Positions 42,226 to 54,003 of a stretch of DNA of 64,000 nucleotides are shown piece after piece. The notes under the pieces were generated by a model that was not told the origin of the DNA, did not search any database, and saw only the letters and a list, made by a program, of their open reading frames with translations. The stretch covers positions 2,112,001-2,176,000 of the forward strand of contig OY968769.1 in NCBI GenBank assembly GCA_963695345.1. Reading direction: 5' to 3'. The translations under genes were made by a program, and so were the position numbers. The DNA is from an uncultured Methanomassiliicoccales archaeon (GTDB lineage: Archaea > Thermoplasmatota > Thermoplasmata > Methanomassiliicoccales > UBA472). Each line of letters starts with the position of its first letter. Within the stretch, counting starts at the first letter, position 1.

Positions 42226-42237
42226 TTTCAAACCACC

Positions 42238-42323
42238 GTAACACGATTTATTTTTTTGTGTTACTCGGTAATGGCCAGAGGTATATATTACTTAGCGTAA
42301 CACTTATTCGGTAAACTTGTTAC
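42238..42323. promoter_or_regulatory. Two 27-bp GTAACAC-N13-GTGTTAC palindromes (NikR-like operators) flanking the nik TATA box
   Basis: GTAACAC-GATTTATTTTTTT-GTGTTAC (42238-42264) and GTAACAC-TTATTCGGTAAAC-TTGTTAC (42297-42323); TATA element at 42281-42290 on minus strand. Confidence 0.8.
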
Positions 42324-42378
42324 GATTTTCGGCGGGGAGTGGAACACTCGATCTCCAGTTCCCTAACGCGCCGCATTC

Positions 42379-43215
42379 TCATTGCTTTCTGCACCCCGCC
42401 TTGAGCTCCCTGACGAAATCCCGTATCTCATGCGGCTTCACCCCATCGATTATCCTGGACAGGATCGCGGAGCCGACGATGACCCCGTCCGCCCCCAGCG
42501 CGGTGATCTCCTTGACATGTTCCTTGGTCGATACACCGAACCCCACCGCCAGCGGAAGGTCCCCCGCCGCCTCCTTGGCCCTCTCTATCAGGGTGGGCAA
42601 CTTTTCGCTCAGAGTGCCCTCTCGCCCCGGTCGTCCCCAACCTACTGACCAGATAGAGGTATCCGCTGGAACGGCCGGCGATGTGCATCATGCGGTCCTC
42701 CGGAGTGGTCGGCGCCACCAGCTGTATCAGGTGGATGCCTTCGTTCATGCAGAACATCTCCAGGGTCAGGGACTCCTCGATCGGCAGGTCGGCCACGATG
42801 AGGCCGTCCACTCCCGCCTTCCTCGCCTGCTTGACGAACTCCTCCTCCCCCATGCGGAAGATGGGGTTGTAATAGCCCATCAGCACGATCGGAACATCGC
42901 ACTTCTCCCTCACCCGGGCGGTCAGCTCGAGCACCCGCTGGGGGGTTACTCCGGCGCGTAGCGCCTCGTCGCTCGCCTTCTGGATGACCGCCCCGTCCGC
43001 CATCGGGTCGCTGAATGGTACACCGATCTCAATGATGTCGGCACCGCCTTCCGAGCATGCGAGAAGATAGCTCAGGGATGTCTCGAACGATGGAAAACCT
43101 CCGGTGAGATAGACGATCAGCGCGCTTTCGTCGCGTTCCTTGCAGTTGCGGAACGCCTCCTCCACCCGTCCTGCCGTCCCCGACCGGTCGTCCGGCCTAA
43201 CGCAGCGTTTTGACA

Positions 43216-43216
<1 letters not shown>
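42379..43216 (-). CDS. trpA: Tryptophan synthase alpha chain, apparent indel(s) near 42600-42625
   Basis: EIGVPFSDPMADG, LMGYYNP, DLPIEE, LVAPTT, VGFGVS, ADGVIVGSA. Confidence 0.93.
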
Positions 43217-44394
<1,178 letters not shown>

Positions 44395-44395
<1 letters not shown>

Positions 44396-45019
44396 TATTG
44401 AACGCTCCTTGCGTTTGAGATGAACTTCTCTATCAGGTCAGTGGACTTCCGGCCGCCGGTCTCCACTCCGGAGGAAACGTCCACGGCGAACGGGTGCACC
44501 TCCCGGATGGCTTCGACCACATTGCCTGGGTTCAAGACCGCCGGCAAGCACCACCGGGAATGGGTCCACCGCCTCCACTATCTCGGCGCTGACGCTCCAA
44601 TCATGCTTGACGCCGTTACCGCCGAACGTTGGCGAAGCGGTGTCGAGAACCAGCCCGGAGCATTTCCCGACCAGCTTCTCCGACCTCTCCAGCTCGTCTC
44701 CCCAGCCCACCGGCTGGAGCGCCCAGACATCGCACGGTATGGCGTTGGCGATCGCCTCCACGTCTTCCACATCCATCACCGAGTGCAGCTGGAGCACGTC
44801 CGGTTTCAGGACCCGGACGATCTGTTTCAGGACCTCCTCGCTCTGGCAGGTGGTGACGATGACCTTCCTGCATTTCGCCATCGACATGAGCTGCTCCGCC
44901 CTGGATATGGTAAGCTCCCTCCTGGAGCTGGTCTCGACGATGAAGCCGACATAGTCGGCCTTGCGTGAGGATATTATGTCCTCTTCCCTCAGCATTCCGC
45001 AGACCTTCACCTTGATCAT
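44395..45019 (-). CDS. trpF: Phosphoribosylanthranilate isomerase, apparent indel near 44530
   Basis: [34 protein letters not shown]. Confidence 0.9.
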
Positions 45020-45802
45020 CTTGGCACCACCAGTCCCCTCAGCCTGCTCTCCGGGTCGTCCGCCGCGGCCAGCTCGGTCCCGATCAGGACACCGGCCGCA
45101 CCGGCATCACGGGCCTCGATGACCTGTTCCCGGGCCGAGATACCGGACATCACTATTATCGGTTTGGTCTTGTGGGCCAGGTTGCTCAGGAGCCGGACTC
45201 CTTTTTCCGGTTCTATCTCCATGGTGCGCAGGTCCCTCTGATTGATGCCGACGACGTCGGCGGGGCTCTTCAGGCATTGCAGGAGCTCCACCTCATCGGC
45301 CGCCTCGAGCAGGACCTCGAGGCCTCTATCATGTGCATAGCCTATCAGGGCATCCCTCCGCACCGCCACCATCCGCGATGAGAACACCCTCTGGATCAGG
45401 AGCACCGCGCTGGCGCCATGCCGGGCGGCAGCATCGATCTGGTTCCTGGAGATGACGAAATCCTTCATCAGGACCGGGACCGGATGCGACGATGCCACGG
45501 CGAGGAGCTGCAGGCTGCCCTTGAAGAACCTGGGTTCCGTGAGGACTGACAGAGCGGTGGCTCCGCCCCTCAGGTAATGGGACATGAGCTGTTCCGGATC
45601 ATGGCCGGAGATGCTGCCGCTGGAAGGGGAGGCCATCTTGACCTCGGCGATGATGGGGAACTGATTCCGAGCACTGGAGCGCCTTCGCCAGAGGCCTCCT
45701 TATCGGACGGATGTAGGGAGTGGCCGTCTCGATGTCGTAATAATTGGAAGCGAGCAGCAGCTCGGCGTTCTTGACCAGTTCCTCCAGCGTATTCTCCCTC
45801 AT
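45016..45802 (-). CDS. trpC: Indole-3-glycerol phosphate synthase, apparent indel near 45660
   Basis: IIAEVKMASPSSG, SVLTEPRFFKGS, LMKDF, GINQRDL, SGI, LIGT. Confidence 0.92.
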
Positions 45803-46806
45803 CAATCCACAGCCCTGCTCATCTCGACGAAACCGGTGAGCACCTTCATCGCCCTCCCGGAATCGATGGAAACGCTTGCCATATCGATTCCCTCCTCGAT
45901 ATTCTTAACCCTATTGCAGGCGAACAGGGCACATGCGCTGTTTAGCACCACGATATCCCTTCTCGGTCCAGGTGAGCCGGAGAGCACCCGGCGGGCCACC
46001 TTGGCTGCCAGGTCCGGTGTCAGTTCGGATATGACCTCCGGTCTCGGGGGGTCGATGCCCAGTGACCGGGGGACGATCTCGAACCGTTCCGTCCTTCCCC
46101 GGTCCAGCAGCACCGCCTGGGTCGTGCCCAATGTGGACACCTCATCCATACCCGGGTACCCGTGGACCACCAGCGCCCGGGTGATCCCCAGGTCGTTCAT
46201 GATCCCGGGGACGACGTCCAGTAGCCTTTGGTCGTACACTCCCATGAGCTGCATTCGTTCCGCCTCCACCGGGTTCAGCAGAGGGCCTATGACATTGAAC
46301 ACGGTCTTGGAGCGCAGCTCCTTCCGCACCGCTGCCACGTGCCTCATGGCCGGGTGATACTGCGGGGCGAACAGGAAGGTCATGCCGATCTCGTCCAGCA
46401 TCCTCCCGGCCCGTTCGGGCCCGATGATCGGGTTGGCCCCGAGCGCCGCGAGCAGGTCGGCGCTGCCGCAGACACCGGAGCTGGACCGATTCCCGTGCTT
46501 GGCCACCGGCATGTCGCAGCCGGCCACGACGAACGCGGAGATGGTGGAGACATTGAAGGTCCGGAAAGGGGCCCCGCCAGTTCCGCAAAGGTCGGCGACC
46601 GTGCGGTGCCTGGTCTGCACCTTTACCGATGCCTCCGCGAACGCCTCGGCGAACGCCCTGATCTGCTCCGGGGTCTCACCCTTGGCCGACAATGATGAGA
46701 GCGTCGTCATCATCTCCTCGTGAGAGGCCCGACCGCACACCATGTCATCAGCCAGCTCGGAAATGCTCGCCCTGCTGAGGTCTGTTCGCACAACTGACTC
46801 GATCAT
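45802..46806 (-). CDS. trpD: Anthranilate phosphoribosyltransferase
   Basis: DLCGTGG, TFNVST, AKHGNRSSS..GSADLL, FAPQYHPAM, GMDE. Confidence 0.96.
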   Translation of the reverse strand: MIESVVRTDLSRASISELADDMVCGRASHEEMMTTLSSLSAKGETPEQIRAFAEAFAEASVKVQTRHRTVADLCGTGGAPFRTFNVSTISAFVVAGCDMPVAKHGNRSSSGVCGSADLLAALGANPIIGPERAGRMLDEIGMTFLFAPQYHPAMRHVAAVRKELRSKTVFNVIGPLLNPVEAERMQLMGVYDQRLLDVVPGIMNDLGITRALVVHGYPGMDEVSTLGTTQAVLLDRGRTERFEIVPRSLGIDPPRPEVISELTPDLAAKVARRVLSGSPGPRRDIVVLNSACALFACNRVKNIEEGIDMASVSIDSGRAMKVLTGFVEMSRAVD

Positions 46807-46808
46807 AT

Positions 46809-47391
46809 TCAGCACCTCGCCTCGGCGATGAAATTGGCCAACATGCTCTTCCCCTTGGGCGTGAGGATCGATTCCGGGTGGAACTGGACCCCCTCGATCG
46901 GATACTTGCTGTGTCTGATGCCCATTATGGTGCCGTCCGCGGTGCGGGCGGTCACCTTCAGGGTCTCGGGCAATTCCTGTCCGACCACCAATGAGTGGTA
47001 CCGCCCCACCGTCAGCGAATCCTCGAGGCCGGCGAACACCCCTTCCCCGTCATGTTCGATGACCGAGGTCTTGCCGTGCATCAGTTCGGCGGCCCGCATG
47101 ACCTTTCCACCGTAGTAATGGGCGATGCCCTGGTGTCCCAGACAGACACCGAGGGTGGGTACCGTGGGGCAGATATCGGTGAGCGCCTCGGCGCAGACGC
47201 CGAAGTCCCTCTTGATCCCCGGATGCCCCGGCCCGGGCGATATCATTATGGCGTCCGGGTCGAACCGCCTTATGCCCTCGGACGTCGATGGCATCGTTTC
47301 GGACCACGGTTATCTGCGGGCCAAGCTCTCCCAAGTGCTGCTTCAGATTGTAAACGAACGAATCATAATTGTCCAACAACAATATCCTCAT
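46809..47391 (-). CDS. trpG: Anthranilate synthase component II, apparent indel near 47280
   Basis: LDNYDSFVYNL, ISPGPGHP, GVCLGHQ, HGKTS, RYHSL, QFHPES. Confidence 0.94.
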
Positions 47392-48758
47392 GCTGTCGCC
47401 CTCCGGTTGCATGCCTCGATGGCCTTCTTGACCGCCTTGAGCTTGTTCTCGGCCTCGACGAACTCCCGCTCCGGGTCGGAGTCGGCGACGATGCCGGCCC
47501 CGGCCTGGATGAAGATACGGTCATCGGCAATGAACGCGGAACGGATGGCGATGGCGGAATCGAGGTTCCCGTTCAACGATAGGTAGCCCACCGCTCCGGC
47601 GTACGGTCCGCGGGATCCACCTTCCAGTTCCTGGATGATCTCCATGGCGCGGGGCTTAGGGGCACCGGACACCGTACCGGCGGGGAAGACCGCGCAGAAC
47701 GCCTCGAACGCCGTCCTGCCCTGTTCCAGGGTCCCCTGCACCTTGGATACCATGTGCTGTACGTGGCTGAACTCTTCCACCTGCATGAAGACCGGCACGT
47801 GCACCGAACCGATCTCGCACACCTTGCCGACGTCGTTCCTGGCCAGGTCGACGAGCATGCAGTGCTCCGCTCTTTCCTTCTCATCCGCCAGCATATCCTC
47901 CCGATAGGCGCGCTTCTCCTTGGGGGTCGTCCCCATCGGCCTGGTCCCGGCGATCGGGAAGGTGATGACCTCCCCTTTCCTGACGGTGACCAGCGTCTCC
48001 GGGCTGGAGCCGAGGACGACCCGTCCGCCGAAATCGAAATAGAACATGTAGGGGGATGGATTGAGCTCGCGGAGCGCTCGGTATAGGTCAAGCGAGTTCC
48101 CCGAGCAGATCGAGGAGAGCGACCGGGAAGCCACTATCTGGAACGCCTCCCCGGCGGCGATCCGGTCGCGACATATGGAGACGATCCTCTCGTACCGCTC
48201 CTGGGGCATTGATGGTACCAGTTCACCGGTCCGGAACGGTTCGTCCCCCGCCTGGGGAATTCCGGCCTCGAGCACGAGCCTCAACCGGTCGGCGCCATCC
48301 ACCGAGAAGTAGTACGCCTGGAAACTGGAATGATCGAAGATGATCCCTTCCTTGTACATCCCCAGTTCGAAGTCGGGGAAGGCCCCGCCACCTAGCATCA
48401 TCGTGGAGGGTTCGATGAACCGGGCGAAATCGTAGGAGAAATATCCGACCAGGCCTCCCAGGAACGGGAACCGCGCATCCTTTATCGGGTCCTTTGAGGA
48501 AAGGCAGTTCAAGAATGGGATGGGCTCGTCCCGGCTCACGCCGCAGTCCGGTCCCCCTTCCACATGCCCCTTGACGCAGCGGACCACATATTCCGGCTGA
48601 AATCCCATGAACGAGTAGGAGACCGTCCTTTCGGAACCGACCGCGCTCTCCAGCAGGAAGGAGCACTCGGACACGCCCGACAAGCGGTCGTACAGCTCCG
48701 CGGGGGTGAGGCCGAGGTCCAACTTTTCAATCTTGACTCTGCTGTCGCCGACTGTCAT
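47388..48758 (-). CDS. trpE: Anthranilate synthase component I
   Basis: FLLES, GGLVGYFSYD, NPSPYMF, GSSPE, PIAGTR, KERAEH.MLVDLARND, FPAGTVSGAPK; start 48758 or 48782. Confidence 0.96.
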   Translation of the reverse strand: MTVGDSRVKIEKLDLGLTPAELYDRLSGVSECSFLLESAVGSERTVSYSFMGFQPEYVVRCVKGHVEGGPDCGVSRDEPIPFLNCLSSKDPIKDARFPFLGGLVGYFSYDFARFIEPSTMMLGGGAFPDFELGMYKEGIIFDHSSFQAYYFSVDGADRLRLVLEAGIPQAGDEPFRTGELVPSMPQERYERIVSICRDRIAAGEAFQIVASRSLSSICSGNSLDLYRALRELNPSPYMFYFDFGGRVVLGSSPETLVTVRKGEVITFPIAGTRPMGTTPKEKRAYREDMLADEKERAEHCMLVDLARNDVGKVCEIGSVHVPVFMQVEEFSHVQHMVSKVQGTLEQGRTAFEAFCAVFPAGTVSGAPKPRAMEIIQELEGGSRGPYAGAVGYLSLNGNLDSAIAIRSAFIADDRIFIQAGAGIVADSDPEREFVEAENKLKAVKKAIEACNRRATA

Positions 48759-48765
48759 GACAATA

Positions 48766-48852
48766 GGTACATCAATGACCATATATAATCATTATTGTAC
48801 AAATATATACATTATATGGTTTAGGGGGTGCGCGGGGCAACCGATTAGTACA
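48766..48852. promoter_or_regulatory. Divergent trpE/isf promoter region with TGTACA-like boxes
   Basis: AT-rich TATA elements; TGTACA at 48796-48801, GGTACA at 48766, AGTACA near 48847. Confidence 0.5.
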
Positions 48853-48886
48853 TGCCTCGGCACAACCGTCCGTGGACGGTGATAGG

Positions 48887-49462
48887 ATGAAGGTCATTGC
48901 TTTCAACGGCAGCCCAAGGACCAACGGGAACACCTACCAGGCACTCGCGGTCGTCCTTGATGAACTGGAGAAGAACGGCATATCGACGAAGATGATCAAC
49001 CTCTGCGAGCAGGAGATCCATGGATGCAAGGCGTGCGGGGCCTGTTCCAAGAACAAGGACCGCAAGTGCGTAATGAAGGACGATGGGGTGAACGACTTCA
49101 TAGAGATCATCGCCAAATGCGATGGCATGGTGCTCGGCTCACCGGTATACTTCGGGGGCCTGACCTCGCAGACCAAGGCCTTCATCGACCGGGTCGGATA
49201 CGTCAACCGGGCCAACGGGGACCTGTTCAAGCGCAAGGTGGGGGCGGCGGTGGCCATCAACCGGAGGGCCGGTGCCCTGGAGACCTTCAACCAGATCAAC
49301 AACTTCTTCCTTATCGCTCAGATGATCGTTCCCGGTTCCAGCTATTGGAACGTCGGCACGGCCCTCAGGCAGGGGGAGTTCGCGAACGATGTCGAAGGTG
49401 TCAACACCATGCGGAACCTCGGTCAGAACATCGCTTGGTTGTTGGAAAAGATCAATAAATGA
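48887..49462 (+). CDS. Iron-sulfur flavoprotein (Isf/flavodoxin family)
   Basis: NGSPRTNGNT, CKACGAC-x7-C, GSPVYFG, KAFIDR, GSSYWN. Confidence 0.92.
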   Translation: MKVIAFNGSPRTNGNTYQALAVVLDELEKNGISTKMINLCEQEIHGCKACGACSKNKDRKCVMKDDGVNDFIEIIAKCDGMVLGSPVYFGGLTSQTKAFIDRVGYVNRANGDLFKRKVGAAVAINRRAGALETFNQINNFFLIAQMIVPGSSYWNVGTALRQGEFANDVEGVNTMRNLGQNIAWLLEKINK

Positions 49463-49470
49463 CCTTGGGT

Positions 49471-49505
49471 GAAGGATTTCGACGACCGTTCAAATCCTTT
49501 TCATT
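49471..49505 (+). terminator. Hairpin plus T-tract after isf
   Basis: AAGGATTT...AAATCCTT followed by TTCATT and an AT-rich tract. Confidence 0.5.
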
Positions 49506-49769
49506 AATAATTTAATCTTATGGAATAGTTAATTATCCCGATAAAAGACGATTTCAAGCTCATATAATATATAAATATTTCATATATGCCAGTTGGACGA
49601 GAAAACGCGAATCGGTCTGCGACAGAAGTTTATAGGATAAAATGCTACATCTATATCACCAAAGATTCGGTCGGAGTCGGAATTGAGACATTGGTTAGGA
49701 CAGCCGTCAACGGTTTTCTGATTGTCGCCGCATCGTAGTCCTTGCGCAAACCTTTCGGGGGAATTGAGT

Positions 49770-51581
49770 TTGTCGAACAATAGTCGTGATAGGTTAAAAG
49801 TAGTGGTCATTCTAGCGTTGGGCCTGCTAGCACTGCTGGTGTTGTGCCTTCCGAACACGAGCGCTTCACCTACGATCGTTGGTTCAGTCGATATGGACCT
49901 GAATTCCGCTCACATCGTCTGGTTGAACGCCACCGCCGACCCTGAACCCACCCCGTCCGAATTGAAGGGAACCGGATTGGGAGAGGGAACGGCCATCATC
50001 ACATCGACCCCTGAAAAAGGAATTAAAGGGACCTATGTCGTGGTCACCGGTTCTGGATTCTCGACAAATGGCAACGCACAGGTCCTATTCGGCGGCGTCC
50101 CGATCGGCCTGGGAACCTCCGACGATCAGGGAAACCTCATTCCAGTAGGGGTGGTCATACCCCAGGTGTCGGCCGGCGCGTTCGAACTGACCGTCATTGA
50201 TGACAACGGTGTCTACGGGGTCGACTCCTTCACCGTGATCGATGATACCCCTATCGATATCACCGTTGACGTGGGTGCATTGCATTTCAATGGGGAGATG
50301 GTATCCATCTACGCCACCACCACCATCAATGGGAACCTGGTCGACGTGGACTACCTGAACGCCACGCTGTATGCACCGGACGGTTCCGAGATCGACCTGT
50401 CATGTACCGCGACCCGGATATCCACGGGAGTATACCTGTTCTCGACCACCGTTCCCATGACCGCCGGGACCGGTGACCACGCTATGGTGCTCAATGCCAG
50501 CAAATCGTGCACCCATCACGGCGCGTCCGTGTCCGCGTTTGTGATCAGCCCGACCCTGTCCGGCCTCGGGGCAACTCTCAGCGACATCAAGAACGACACC
50601 GCCACGGTCATCACGACGTTGGGTTCGATCCGGATCGACCTGAGCAAGGTCAATGCCACGGTCATCTCCATCCAGGGAAAGATCATAGAGGTAGGGACGG
50701 TACTGGGAACTGTAGAAGGCACCCTGGACCAGATCCACGGCACGGTCATCTCGATCAACGGAACGGTCGTCCGGCTGAGGACGGACCTGGGAATCGTCAA
50801 CAGCACCGTCAACCACCTCCATGCCCACATCATCGCCATGCAGGGGACTCTGGCGACCATCGAGACCGATCTCGGTTACGTCAACGTCACGATCGCCGGC
50901 ATCCACGCGACAGTGAGCGAGGTCCAGGGCAGGTTGGCCACGGTCCAGACGGACCTTGGGTCCATCAACGTAACGGTCAACGATATCCACGCCCAGATCA
51001 TGGCCGTCCAGGGTAACTTGGCCGTGGTCCAGACCGACCTCGGCGCCATGAACGTCTCCATGAGCGCCATCCATGGACAGGTGGAGACCATCCAAGGAAC
51101 GGTGGCCGTCATCATTACCGATCTCGGTTCGATCAACTCGACCGTGGAAAGCATCCATTCGAGCGTGATGGGCATCGATGACGACCTGATCCAGATCGAT
51201 ACCACCCTGGGGATCGTCCAGACCAACCTGTCCAGCGTGAACGCCGAGCTCGACGGTCTGAACGGTACGGTGGCCACCATCAGGACGGACATCGGCCTGA
51301 TCAACGCGAGTCTGACGGACATCAGGTTCAGGATAGTTGCGCTGGAAGGCGATTCCGCAACCATCGTATCAACGGTAGGAAGCATCCAAGGGACAGTCAC
51401 CGGAATGAACGGCACCGTGGCGACCATCGACACCAACATGGGGGAGGCGCTGGTGGACATAGGGGCGATTCAGAACAAGGCCAACGGGATCGACACGAGC
51501 ACGCTCTTCGGAGCCGGCATCTTTACCGTGCTGGCGATCATAATCCTCATGGTCGTGATCCTAAGGACGAGGAAGCGATGA
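49770..51581 (+). CDS. Secreted, C-terminally anchored surface protein with 28-aa tandem repeats
   Basis: Signal-like N-terminus, beta-rich Ig/TIG-like domains, about 10 T[DT]LG repeats, C-terminal TM helix plus RTRKR, many N-x-S/T sequons; start uncertain. Confidence 0.85.
   Translation: MSNNSRDRLKVVVILALGLLALLVLCLPNTSASPTIVGSVDMDLNSAHIVWLNATADPEPTPSELKGTGLGEGTAIITSTPEKGIKGTYVVVTGSGFSTNGNAQVLFGGVPIGLGTSDDQGNLIPVGVVIPQVSAGAFELTVIDDNGVYGVDSFTVIDDTPIDITVDVGALHFNGEMVSIYATTTINGNLVDVDYLNATLYAPDGSEIDLSCTATRISTGVYLFSTTVPMTAGTGDHAMVLNASKSCTHHGASVSAFVISPTLSGLGATLSDIKNDTATVITTLGSIRIDLSKVNATVISIQGKIIEVGTVLGTVEGTLDQIHGTVISINGTVVRLRTDLGIVNSTVNHLHAHIIAMQGTLATIETDLGYVNVTIAGIHATVSEVQGRLATVQTDLGSINVTVNDIHAQIMAVQGNLAVVQTDLGAMNVSMSAIHGQVETIQGTVAVIITDLGSINSTVESIHSSVMGIDDDLIQIDTTLGIVQTNLSSVNAELDGLNGTVATIRTDIGLINASLTDIRFRIVALEGDSATIVSTVGSIQGTVTGMNGTVATIDTNMGEALVDIGAIQNKANGIDTSTLFGAGIFTVLAIIILMVVILRTRKR
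50570..51460 (+). repeat. 84-bp (28-codon) degenerate tandem repeat inside the surface protein
   Basis: TDLG-type codons at 50781, 50865, 50949, 51033, 51117, 51201, 51285 (exact 84-nt spacing). Confidence 0.9.
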
Positions 51582-51840
51582 AGGAAACCTCCTTGGATCG
51601 GAAGAACGCGAAGACGTGAGAGTGGGCGCAATCCAGGTCCCAGCGGGGTATTTCCGACATGGTAACCTAGCTGAAGCCATTCTTGAATTGGATTGTTCGG
51701 CTCTACCGATGTACCTAACGCCAATAGAAGAAGCCAGGTCCACCGAGGGCTATCGCCGAGGTGACCGCATGTTCACTGGGAGTGTCTTACTTGCATGGCC
51801 GTTCCGAATGACGGTCAGCCACCGGTATTGGTCCCTACCT

Positions 51841-52113
51841 CTAGAGGTGGGTCCTCAGCGTATCCAGGTCCATGGTGAGCTGGATAACGTCCCCCACGAC
51901 ACCGATCTGGTCCGTCCTGATCTTGATCTTGGCCTTGCTCATGAACGGCTTCTTGACGTTCAACGGTTTGACCATGTCCTTGTGCAGCTCGACGACCAGG
52001 CTCATTACCGTCCATCTGGAGGTGTCGATGTTGCTACCCACCATGTCTCCCAGGTTCCTTCCGTCCTTGGTGATAACGTGCTTTCGCTCGATACTTGAAA
52101 GTTCGATTGGCAT
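51841..52113 (-). CDS. PRC-barrel domain protein
   Basis: LSSIERKHVITKDGRNLGDMVG..IDT..W.V..L ... IGVVGDVIQL. Confidence 0.88.
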   Translation of the reverse strand: MPIELSSIERKHVITKDGRNLGDMVGSNIDTSRWTVMSLVVELHKDMVKPLNVKKPFMSKAKIKIRTDQIGVVGDVIQLTMDLDTLRTHL

Positions 52114-52452
52114 CCTGCATCCCTATTATCTTAAAAGTATTATTTTGTATAAATATTGTTATCTCTACTATCCATTGATTGAAATCAATGACAGAGACGG
52201 ATCGCTAAGGCAATCCGTTCCCTACCTGATCATCAATCACCTCTCAGGAAAAGTTAGTCCAAACACGGGATTTTAGCTAGTGCAGGTCGTGAAGTGTCAA
52301 ATAAGACCTGGTAGGGATGGCCGATAATACTTGGTTCCATGGGATCCCAAAGTAACAGAGTACTAAGATAACACCAATGGTCAGGCTCGTCTGGTTCGAT
52401 CAACTACCATGGGACTATTCGCTATTCCTTCCTTGAATTCATCAATCGAACT

Positions 52453-53779
52453 CTATTGGAATGGTCTTCCTGTTGGGTTATCCTTACTCTTTGCCCTCCC
52501 GAGCAATTGATAGAATAGGGCAAGGAAAATGAATATTGCCAGACCAGCCACAAGAACCTCCAACGGCAGGCTCAGCATGAAGACCCCGAGGATTGTTATG
52601 CCGATCACCGGCAGGTAAGGGTAAAGAGGCATCCTGAACGGAGGCGTGATCCCCGTTCTTCTGAAGTGGATAACATCAAAGCCGACAATGAGATAATCGA
52701 ACATCAAACTGAAAGTCACTATGGATACGATCAGATAGACATTACCGGCAAATAACATGATCACTCCTATGATGGCGGATACGATGATGCCATTCTCCGC
52801 CGTACCCCTATCGGAATTGTAGCGCATGAGCGTTCTTGGAAGTAGGCCATCTGCGCTCATTTGGTATATCGATCTCGATGAGGTTAGTATCATTGCCAAT
52901 GTGGCTGAGGCGGTTGCAACCAGGGCCCCTATTCCAACGACCACGAACAGCCATGAAGGGGCACCGCTGCTGTACCAAGGCGAAGGTCAGAGGGTCCGTT
53001 CCGATCTGGTAGGACGATGGCGGCACCAACAGCAACAATGATACGACGACCATCATGTACAGCACTACGCTTATCAGGACCGCGGCCAGGATCGCTTTTG
53101 CCGTTCCTTTTCTTCCTCCCTTTATTCTCCCGGAGAAGGTGGCTATGGACTGGAAGCCAGAATAGGCGAAGAAGATGGCGATGCTTGCAGCAAATATGCC
53201 CTGGAATCCACCAACAGAAAAATCGAACGTGAAGTGAGAGGCGGCCCCGGTACCCGATCCGCTAAACGCGACGTACGCCGCAAAACCGATGAACAAGAAG
53301 AGTATCCCAATTTTGATCACAACGAGGACCAAGTCGGTCTCCGCGGCTTTCTTCACTCCCAATAGATTGATGGTCGAGAGCGCTGCGATAAGAAGTATGG
53401 CGAATGGTATCGCATAGCTGTTCGCCGGAAGGCCCACAATGCTTGAAAGATAGGCACCGAAACCTAAGGATATGACCGATATCGATACGGCCAAGCTCAG
53501 ATATCTGAATATGCCAGTAATAAAACCGAGCCTGGCTCCGAACGCCTTAAAGGTGTACGAGTAGGAGGCGCCTTTTACATTCGGCATGATGGAGCTGAGC
53601 TCTCCCAACTCAAGTGCCAGGATCAGTGCTACCGTGCCGACCACTGCAAACGCTATCAAAGCGTCCGCTCCCGCCAATGCGATCGAAGTGCCGCTGAGAA
53701 CGAATATGCCTGCGCCGATGATGGCTCCAAGTCCCACTGAGGTCGCTACCGGGATACCGATCAGCTTTCTCTCTTCCAT
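52453..53779 (-). CDS. APC-family amino acid permease, apparent frameshift near 52975
   Basis: GAIIGAGIF, FFAYSGFQ, SSRSIYQMSADGLLP, PPFRMPLYPYLP. Confidence 0.9.
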
Positions 53780-54003
53780 CGAAATTGATTGGGACTAGGC
53801 AGTATAGAATACTCAGGATAGCAGGAGGGTTCGAAGGGGAGTAGGAACGATACGATCATCCCGTCGGATATACTCCACACAGTCCAGTACCGCTTTTCAT
53901 TTCCTTACGATCGAATTCAGCTTCATCTCTGTTCGGGCCAGCCTGAGTCTCCCAATTAATGAGCATTTAGCTGCCAATCCATTTCTCGGGATCCGTTCGA
54001 GGC

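Noticed and set aside
50570-51460. 84-bp periodicity as a CRISPR array
   Set aside because: Repeats are degenerate at synonymous positions and in frame within a CDS; no repeat-spacer structure or cas genes.
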